DNA of 64,000 nt, from the NCBI GenBank assembly GCA_965216215.1, contig CBDCFO010000006.1, positions 89,870 through 153,869 of the forward strand, given 5' to 3'. Positions 57,292 through 64,000 of this stretch are shown here, one piece after another; position 1 is the first letter of the stretch; each line of letters opens with the position of its first letter. The stretch is from Bryobacterales bacterium (GTDB lineage Bacteria > Acidobacteriota > Terriglobia > Bryobacterales > UBA6623). The notes beneath the pieces were generated by a model, which saw only the letters and a program-made list of their open reading frames with translations, did not search any database and was not told the DNA's origin. The position numbers were made by a program, and so were the translations under genes.

Positions 57292-57968
57292 GTGCCGGCC
57301 TCCTCGGGGATTCGCACCCGGATCGCAGCTGCAAGGCGAGGTCCGAACGCGTGCACCTCCGGCGATGCTTCGACTCGGATCATCAACGGTCCGTCGAATG
57401 GGCCCCGCTCTACCAACTCGATGCGGACGTCGGGCTTGATGCCGATTTCCGACAGGTACAGCAGCATTTCCGAGTCCTGGTCGGATACCCGCGATACGAC
57501 GGCTCCGGTGCCCGCCGCCAATTGCACTAGGCCCCTGTCCGTGCGACTTGGCAGCGAGCCGTCCCGGCGCGGAATCGGGTGGCCGTGAGGGTCGAACTCG
57601 GGATCGCCCAGCGCCGCCGCGATCCGGTCCTCCAGTGTCTCGGAAATGCAGTGCTCCAGCTTCTCGGCCTCTGCATGCACCTCGTGCCAGCTGTAGCCCA
57701 AGGTCGTATGCAAGAAGAGTTCAATCAACCTGTGGTGCCGAATCACTTCCAGCGCCCTGGAGCGGCCCACGGACGTCAGTCGTGCCCCATGGTGTTTTTG
57801 ATATTCGACCATCGGCGGATCGGCCTCGGAGAGCTTCCGGAGCATGCCAGTCACGGAAGCGGGCGCTACTGATAGCTTCTCGGCCAGTGCGACTGTCGAT
57901 GCCCGTTCGTGTTCTGCGGCTAATTGAAAGATTGCCTTCAAGTAGTCGTCGATCGCCTCACTGCCCAT
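57288..57968 (-). CDS. DtxR/IdeR-family metal-dependent repressor
   Basis: IDDYLKAIFQL...VTGMLRKL...HHRLIELFL...HAEAEKLEH...DPHGHPIP plus a C-terminal SH3-like domain. Confidence 0.9.
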   Translation of the reverse strand: MGSEAIDDYLKAIFQLAAEHERASTVALAEKLSVAPASVTGMLRKLSEADPPMVEYQKHHGARLTSVGRSRALEVIRHHRLIELFLHTTLGYSWHEVHAEAEKLEHCISETLEDRIAAALGDPEFDPHGHPIPRRDGSLPSRTDRGLVQLAAGTGAVVSRVSDQDSEMLLYLSEIGIKPDVRIELVERGPFDGPLMIRVEASPEVHAFGPRLAAAIRVRIPEEAGT

Positions 57969-57986
57969 ATTTAGGCCTACCTAAAT
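57969..57986 (-). promoter_or_regulatory. Candidate DtxR/IdeR-type operator abutting the dtxR-like start codon
   Basis: ATTTAGG-CCTA-CCTAAAT is a 7-bp inverted repeat. On the minus strand it reads TTAGGTAGGCCTAAAT immediately followed by ATG. Confidence 0.4.
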
Positions 57987-58252
57987 TTAGTTTACGGGTC
58001 CCCCAAATCCGTGTCAAGCGCACCGAATGCGTGGGGGTTGCCCTCGCCTGACCGAATAGTGCCCAATCGCAGGCCGGACTAGGGTTGGTAGTCCGCGGGA
58101 AGCCGGGGCAAGCTACGGGCTCCGAAGCCAGGCGGGTGGGGCATTCTCAAGATCTCCGGCCGGGCCCCGCAGGGCGATCCTCCGTCTCCGCTTGACTCGT
58201 GGTCTGCTGCCGGCCCTCAGCTTCGAACTGGCGGCACGGCCACGGTCCGCAG

Positions 58253-58825
58253 TCACGGATCCGACGCCAGGAAACTGCTCGATGCCTGCCGAAACGCATG
58301 GAACGGAGCGTTTCCGAAGAGCACGAACGTGACCCGACTGAGTTGCGTTTCGGGACCCCTGAGAAACTCTGCAACCGTGCGGACAGCGATATCGGCCGCT
58401 GGGCCGATGGGATAGCCATAGACCCCCGTGCTGATTGCAGGAAGCGTCAGCGATCTGGCCCCAAGCTCGTCCGCGAGTTCCATGCAGCGCCGATAGCACG
58501 CGGCGAGAGTCTCGGCCTCCCCTTGCGTTCCATCCTGGTAAATGGGGCCTACGGCATGCAGAACCCACTGGGCCGGTAGATTCCCTGCGCCCGTGGCTAC
58601 GGCGTCGCCCGCAGCGCATTTCCCGATCCTTCGGCGGATAGCGTCGAGTTCGCGCATGATTGCTGGCCCGCCTGCGCGATGAATCGCGCCGTCCACTCCG
58701 CCCCCGCCTCGCAATCCGGAGTTGGCAGCGTTTCCGATCGCGTCAGCCGGGATCTTTGTGATGTCCCCGGACAGCAGTGCGAGCGTCCTGTCGCCGATGG
58801 CGACCTCGAGCGAATCTCTGGGCAT
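58253..58825 (-). CDS. Macro-domain protein (O-acetyl-ADP-ribose deacetylase-like)
   Basis: GDITKIPADAIGNAANSGLRGGGGVDGAIHRAGG...LPAISTGVYGYP. Confidence 0.9.
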   Translation of the reverse strand: MPRDSLEVAIGDRTLALLSGDITKIPADAIGNAANSGLRGGGGVDGAIHRAGGPAIMRELDAIRRRIGKCAAGDAVATGAGNLPAQWVLHAVGPIYQDGTQGEAETLAACYRRCMELADELGARSLTLPAISTGVYGYPIGPAADIAVRTVAEFLRGPETQLSRVTFVLFGNAPFHAFRQASSSFLASDP

Positions 58826-58883
58826 CTTACGAACCTCCCGGCCAGTGTATTCGCAGCTCCGAAGTTCTACAATAGTCCAAGTC

Positions 58884-59159
58884 ATGCCCGAGCGGATGGT
58901 CCAATGCGTCAAGCTCAACAAGAAGCTTCCCGGTCTCGACGAGGTTCCCTTTGATACGGACCTTGGAAAGAAGATCTACGACAACGTCTCCAAGATTGCT
59001 TGGGCTCAGTGGGCGGAGCATTTGAAGATGCTCATCAACGAGTACCGCCTCAATCCTGCGACCCTGCAAGCGCAGGAACTGATCATTCAGCAGATGGATG
59101 CATACTTCTTCGGCGATGGCGCTGCGCCGCCGCCCGAGTACGTGGCGCCCGGTTCATGA
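58884..59159 (+). CDS. yggX: Fe(2+)-trafficking / oxidative-damage protection protein YggX
   Basis: VQCVKLNKKLPGLDEVPF...GKKIYDNVSKIAWAQWAEHLKMLINEYRLN closely parallels E. coli YggX. Confidence 0.9.
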   Translation: MPERMVQCVKLNKKLPGLDEVPFDTDLGKKIYDNVSKIAWAQWAEHLKMLINEYRLNPATLQAQELIIQQMDAYFFGDGAAPPPEYVAPGS

Positions 59160-59683
59160 AGCGCGCGGCACTTCTGCTTCTTTTCCTAGCCGGCGTCTGG
59201 AGCGGCTCCACGGTCTTCATGTGGCAGGTCGCGATCCAGAATTTCGCTGTTGCCGAGAGCGTGTCCGCTTCGAGCAACAAGGGCTTGAGTGACGCCGTGC
59301 AAGGGCTCTCCGACGAGGGCTTGCTAAGCGCACTCCGCTATCAGGCTTCCGAAGTCAACCGGCTTTTCTTTCGGGGCTGGGGATGGGTGCAGCTTCCAAT
59401 CGCTGCCCTCGCGCTGTTCCTGACGAGGGTGGCCCGGTGCGGGACCGTCGCGTTGGTCATGGCAGGCCTGATGCTCCTCATCTGTATTGGGCTTGCGGCG
59501 TATGTCGTCCCCGAGACCGTGCGTCTCGGGCGTTTGATTGACTTCGGAGCGGAATCTTCGCTCCCGGACGTACCCAGCGCCTTTTGGGCTCTCCACCACA
59601 CCTACACGGCGCTGGACATGCTGAAGTTCGTGATGGGGTTGAGCTTGGCCGGCCTAGCTTGGCGCCACGCAAGCGTTAGCTGA
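59156..59683 (+). CDS. Membrane protein (175 aa, 4 TM)
   Basis: ATG overlaps the yggX stop (ATGA). Hydrophobic helices. No confident family. Confidence 0.6.
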   Translation: MKRAALLLLFLAGVWSGSTVFMWQVAIQNFAVAESVSASSNKGLSDAVQGLSDEGLLSALRYQASEVNRLFFRGWGWVQLPIAALALFLTRVARCGTVALVMAGLMLLICIGLAAYVVPETVRLGRLIDFGAESSLPDVPSAFWALHHTYTALDMLKFVMGLSLAGLAWRHASVS

Positions 59684-59754
59684 TTCTGAGGCCGGTGATC
59701 CTTATTGCCTGCTGGCCTTCGGCTGGCCCGCCTCGGGATGCCATCCTGATGTGA

Positions 59755-61686
59755 ATGCTTGGTCCGATCTGGACTCCCTCTCCGGAGCGGGTCGCCGCAT
59801 CCCGGCTCCAGCAGTTCATAGACCGGGTCGGTGCCTCCGATTTCGACGACCTGCATCGCTGGTCCTTGGATTGTCCGGAGGAGTTCTGGCGGGCCGTTTG
59901 GGACTTTGTCGGGATCCAGGCCAGCCGTGAACCTGCGCGGGTCCTGGATGACGGTGACAAGATGCCCGGGGCGCGCTGGTTTCCCGGAGCCCAGCTGAAT
60001 TTTGCCGAGAACCTCCTGCGCTATCAGGACGGCCGCGAAGCGCTCGTGTGCCTCACTGAGAGCGGCCAGCGGCGCTCGCTGACCTTTTCTGAACTCCGCT
60101 CCGAGGTTGGTGCTCTTGCCGCTGCCCTGGCCGGCGTGGGCGTGGGTCCCGGAGATCGGATCGCGGGTTTCGTAGCGAATTCGACCGAAGCGGTTGTCGC
60201 CATGCTCGCCACGACGAGCTTGGGTGCGGTGTGGTGCTCGTGCTCTCCCGATTTCGGCACCGAGGGCGTCGTCGAGCGTTTCGGGCAGATTCGTCCAAAG
60301 ATCCTGTTCGCAGTAGACGGCTACAGGTACGGGGGGAAGGAATTCGACTGTCGCGCCAAGTTGCGCGACATCGCGTGCCGCCTGGAATCGGTCGAGCTCG
60401 TCGTCGTCGTTCCGTTCTTGCTCGAGCACCTTGACCTGGGAGGCATCCGGCGGTCGGTAACCTACCCCCAATTCTCTGGCCCACCGGCGGAACTACGCTT
60501 TCCGGGCTTCGCGTTCGACCATCCCGCACTCATTCTGCACTCGTCCGGAACAACCGGCGTACCGAAGTGCATTGTGCACGGAGCTGGCGGCACCCTGATC
60601 CAGCACCTAAAGGAACATGTCTTGCACACGGACCTACGACGTGACGACCGCTTCTTCTACTTCACGAGCTGTGGGTGGATGATGTGGAATTGGCTTGTGA
60701 GCGGACTTGCGGTCGGCGCCACGGTCGTTCTATACGACGGGTCTCCCCTCTATCCAGGACCGGAGCGGCTCTTCGATCTGATTCAGGATGAGCACCTATC
60801 CGTTTTTGGCACGAGCGCGAGGTATCTCTCGTTGATTGAGAAGGCCGGGCTTGAGCCGCGAGAGAGCCATCGCCTGGACATTCTGCGAACGATTCTCTCG
60901 ACGGGTTCCCCCCTCGCACCGGAGAGCTTCGATTACGTGTATGGCAAGGTGAAGCGAGACGTGTTCCTGGCCTCCATTTCTGGCGGGACTGACATCGTCT
61001 CCTGTTTCGCCTTGGGCAATCCCGTTGGTCCCGTATACCGGGGTGAGTTGCAGACGGCAGGCCTAGGAATGAGCGTTGAGGTCTTCGGAGACGACGGCGC
61101 TCCGCTCCTTGCCGGAGAGAAGGGCGAGTTGGTCTGCACGCAGCCGTTCCCCTCAATGCCGATCGGTTTTTGGGATGACCCTGACGGAGCCAGGTACCGC
61201 GCGGCCTACTTCGAGCGATTTCCCGGTGCCTGGAAGCATGGCGACTACTGCGAGCGAACCGCTCACGGCGGCATCAGGATCTGGGGCCGTTCCGACACAG
61301 TGCTCAATCCGGGCGGAGTGCTGATCGGGACGGCGGAAATTTACAATGCCATCGAATCCATGTCCGAGGTCGCCGATGCTGTGGCGGTCGGGTGGGAAAC
61401 CGAAGACGACGAGGAAATCGCCTTGTTTGTCCGGCTGTCATCAGACGGGGTGCTTGACAGCGCGCTCGCGAACCGGATCAAGCGCCGGGTTCGGGAGCAT
61501 GCCTCGCCTCGGCATGTTCCCAAGAGAGTGCTCCAAGTCACGGATATTCCCCGAACTCGCAACGGAAAGATCGCCGAACTGGCTGTAAAGTGCGTTCTTC
61601 ACGGCCGCCCAGTAGAGAATCTCGAGGCTCTGGAGAACCCCGCTTCCTTGGATGTCTACCGGGACTTGCGGCGCAACGGTGGATAG
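59755..61686 (+). CDS. Acetoacetate-CoA ligase (acetoacetyl-CoA synthetase)
   Basis: IWTPSPERVAASRLQQF...FWRAVWDF...WFPGAQLNFAENLL...HSSGTTGVPK... is the typical AACS N-terminus and AMP-binding motifs. Confidence 0.92.
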   Translation: MLGPIWTPSPERVAASRLQQFIDRVGASDFDDLHRWSLDCPEEFWRAVWDFVGIQASREPARVLDDGDKMPGARWFPGAQLNFAENLLRYQDGREALVCLTESGQRRSLTFSELRSEVGALAAALAGVGVGPGDRIAGFVANSTEAVVAMLATTSLGAVWCSCSPDFGTEGVVERFGQIRPKILFAVDGYRYGGKEFDCRAKLRDIACRLESVELVVVVPFLLEHLDLGGIRRSVTYPQFSGPPAELRFPGFAFDHPALILHSSGTTGVPKCIVHGAGGTLIQHLKEHVLHTDLRRDDRFFYFTSCGWMMWNWLVSGLAVGATVVLYDGSPLYPGPERLFDLIQDEHLSVFGTSARYLSLIEKAGLEPRESHRLDILRTILSTGSPLAPESFDYVYGKVKRDVFLASISGGTDIVSCFALGNPVGPVYRGELQTAGLGMSVEVFGDDGAPLLAGEKGELVCTQPFPSMPIGFWDDPDGARYRAAYFERFPGAWKHGDYCERTAHGGIRIWGRSDTVLNPGGVLIGTAEIYNAIESMSEVADAVAVGWETEDDEEIALFVRLSSDGVLDSALANRIKRRVREHASPRHVPKRVLQVTDIPRTRNGKIAELAVKCVLHGRPVENLEALENPASLDVYRDLRRNGG

Positions 61687-61722
61687 GACTGGGGATCCCG
61701 GCCGCAACTGCGGTTCGAGTGG

Positions 61723-62882
61723 CTACCGGGGAGGCACATCTACCCAGGCCCCGTCGGTCCTTGCGGACTGCGCGGCTGCAAACACAGCCGCCAGAGTATG
61801 CAGCCCGTCCTCGCCGGTGGGGTAGCTGACTCTCGATATTGCCGCCATTTGACCGGTCCTGGTGGCCCGGATCGCCTCCGCCAGATCTGCATATATGTTG
61901 GCGAACGCCTCCAGCATTCCCTCGGCGTGGCCCACGGTGATGCGGGAGGCCCGGGCCGCTTCGCCGGACAGAGCCGCGTCACCGCGCTCAAGGGTTCTCG
62001 TCGGCTTCCCCAGCGGAGTCCAGTAGAGTTGGTTCGGCTGCTCTTGAGACCAGCGCAGACCGCCCTTTTCCCCGAAAACCCGCAGAGACAGCCCATGTGT
62101 CTGGCCGACTGCCACCGCGCTTGCCCAAAGGCGTCCGACCTCGCCGCCCGAGAACCGAATGGCAACTAGTGCATCGTCCTCCAAGTCGCGTCCAGCGACT
62201 GCCGACACGAAGTCGGCTGACACCCGCGCCACGTCGCTGCCCAGCACGTAGCACGCCATGTGGAGGGCATGCAGGCCCGTGTCTGCAGGGACCGAGCTCA
62301 CGCCAGCCTGCTGCGGGTCATACCGCCAGCGGATTCGAGGATTGGGCCTCGTCAGCGGCATCGGCGTGCGATCCGTTAGCGAATTCGGCCACCACGACCC
62401 GAATCCGACCGAGCTGCCCGGCTTCCGCCATGGCGCGTGCCTGCCGCACCATGGGGTACCCCGTGTATCCGTAGTTGACGGCAAGGATGCGGTTGGCTGC
62501 GCGAGCGGTGGCGACCAAGTCGGTGCCCTCGGCGAGTGTCATGGTCAGTGGCTTCTCGCACAGCACGTCGAAGCCTGCAGCGAGAAACGCACGGGCGATT
62601 TCGTAGTGTGTCGCATTTGGCGTTGCGACTGTCACTAGGTCCAGTCGTTCGTCTGGATCCAGCGCCTGCTCCCTCGCGAGCATCTGCCGCCAGTCTTCCG
62701 TAGGCCCGCTCAGACGCGACACCACGCTGGATGGCGAATGCCCGGCCCCTGTCCGGGTCGATGTCGAGCGCTCCCGCAACGAATTCAAACGCACCGTCGA
62801 GCCCGGCTCCGATCCGGTGGGCGTCGCCGATTTGGCTTCCCTTGCCACCCCCCACCATGCCCCAGCGGAGTCTCCTTGGCAT
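61723..62882 (-). pseudogene. Gfo/Idh/MocA oxidoreductase interrupted by two frameshifts
   Basis: The N-terminus MPRRLRWGMVGGGKGSQIGDAH... is in the frame of ORF 62376-63020. The middle ...DWRQMLAREQALDPDERLDLVTVATPNATHYEIARAFLAAGFDVLCEKPL... is in the frame of ORF 62318-62848. The C-terminus ...WRYDPQQAGVSSVPADTGLHALH... is in the frame of ORF 61723-62484. Confidence 0.75.
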
Positions 62883-62935
62883 TCTGGTGTTTCCTCCCAT
62901 CAATCGCGATGCTCGCCTCGGATGCGGCTGCTCCC

Positions 62936-63622
62936 TCAGCTGGCCGTCAGGATTGAGTCCATCACTAGCACGCCTAGCAGCGTGTACACTATGTCGAATC
63001 CAACTAGGAGGCGCAGCCACGGGCCCGTCTCGGCTACCGCGGACGGATCAAAGATGCCCCATGTCAGGCTCATGCACGCGACGAGCGCAGGGAGGCATAT
63101 AGGAAGCACCAGCAGAGGAAGCATGAGTTCCCGCAAGCGGTTATTTGCCGTAACTGCCCCGAAGGTCGTGCCAACCGCTGCGAAGGACCAACTTCCAAGC
63201 AAGAACACGGGCAGCAGCTGCGGCGCGTGAGGCAGCCAGTCTACATCGAAGAAGATACCGAAGACCGGAATCGAGATCACTTCCACCGCGAAGATCAGCA
63301 CGCAGCTTGATATCGTCTTGCCGAGAAACAGCGCATCTCCCGAAAGGGGGGCCGCTACAAGCGCCGCCAGGCAGTCGTTGGCTGTTTCGCGCGCAAAGCT
63401 GCGATTGAGCACCAGCACTCCCGCAAACAGATAAACCACCCACAAGAGTCCGCCCGAAAGGCTGCGGATTTCGACGTTCGTGTTGGGATCGAACGTGAAG
63501 CTGAACATGAGCAGCACAACCAAGGCAAACGAAATCGCCGCGTTCAGCACTTGGCGGTCGCGAAACTCGCAACGCAGGTCCTTTCCTGCCACTGTCCAAA
63601 CCTGGGCCACGAATTCTTTCAT
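62936..63622 (-). CDS. ccmB: Heme exporter protein CcmB
   Basis: Six-TM CcmB-like sequence (MKEFVAQVWTVAGKDLRCEFRDRQVLNAA...). ATG overlaps the ccmA stop (ATGA). Confidence 0.88.
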   Translation of the reverse strand: MKEFVAQVWTVAGKDLRCEFRDRQVLNAAISFALVVLLMFSFTFDPNTNVEIRSLSGGLLWVVYLFAGVLVLNRSFARETANDCLAALVAAPLSGDALFLGKTISSCVLIFAVEVISIPVFGIFFDVDWLPHAPQLLPVFLLGSWSFAAVGTTFGAVTANNRLRELMLPLLVLPICLPALVACMSLTWGIFDPSAVAETGPWLRLLVGFDIVYTLLGVLVMDSILTAS

Positions 63623-64000
63623 GGCAGCCGCTCGTACAATGACTGCGGCTCGCACCGCAATTCAGCGTCGACGGATCCTCGGTAGGCGACCCGCCCCCTG
63701 TGCAGAAGCGCGACCTCGTCCGCCACGCTGATTGCTTCAGTCAATTGGTGAGAACAAATCACGACCGTGCGTCCGGCGGCCTTCGCCTCCACGATCAGTG
63801 ACGAGAGAAGTTGCGTGGCCCGATCATCCAGTGCTGTCCACGGCTCGTCTAGCAGCAGGATGTGCGGCTCGTGAAGGAAAGCCCTAGCGATGGTCAGTCT
63901 CTGGCGCATCCCCCTGGAGTACTCGGCTGCCCGCGAGTTCCGGAATCGTTCCAAGCCCACCCGCCGGAGCCATCGCTGGACGACCGGCCCTGGATCGCTC
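63619..64000 (-). CDS. ccmA: Heme exporter ATP-binding protein CcmA, N-terminus beyond the window
   Basis: ABC signature YSRGMRQRLTIARAF and Walker B ILLLDEPWTALD. The frame stays open to the window end. Confidence 0.85.
   Translation of the reverse strand, partial: SDPGPVVQRWLRRVGLERFRNSRAAEYSRGMRQRLTIARAFLHEPHILLLDEPWTALDDRATQLLSSLIVEAKAAGRTVVICSHQLTEAISVADEVALLHRGRVAYRGSVDAELRCEPQSLYERLP

Overview
High-GC bacterial chromosomal window with two compositionally distinct parts. Positions 1 to about 22.1 kb are visibly more GC-rich and consist mostly of mobile DNA. This block holds a window-truncated IS110 recombinase, a second IS whose DDE transposase looks internally deleted, and a plasmid/ICE-like replication and conjugation module on the minus strand. 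In transcription order that module is: RepA initiator with 22-bp iterons and an AT-rich stretch, virB2, virB3, virB4, virB9, virB10, trbJ, trbL, two replication-relaxation-like wHTH proteins, a nested-inverted-repeat candidate oriT, virD4, virB11 and a pentapeptide-repeat protein. trbL/virB6 is split by a 4.3-kb four-gene transposon (Cys/His protein, TnsB/MuA-like DDE transposase, AAA_22 ATPase, DUF3991-Toprim protein). The transposon has perfect 12-bp TGT...ACA inverted repeats and a 4-bp CGCG target duplication, and removing it in silico restores the trbL frame. From about 22.2 kb onward the sequence is ordinary, lower-GC chromosome. It carries an orphan BMC shell gene plus an acylating aldehyde dehydrogenase with a long C-terminal extension, ligA with a duplicated HhH module, lexA, and a heptose-like sugar operon containing a deoxyhypusine-synthase-like gene. 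It also carries folE with two PTPS/QueD paralogs, bfr, a DUF1501/DUF1553 pair, a sulfatase, and an iron operon (DtxR, a membrane-anchored DtxR-FeoA-FeoA fusion, split feoB). The remaining genes are yggX, acetoacetyl-CoA synthetase, a doubly frameshifted oxidoreductase and ccmAB. No rRNA, tRNA or CRISPR array was seen. Gene content suggests an Acidobacteriota- or Planctomycetota-like soil bacterium (inference only). CDS coordinates come from the ORF track plus residue counting. Hand-indexed non-coding coordinates may be off by 1-2 nt.
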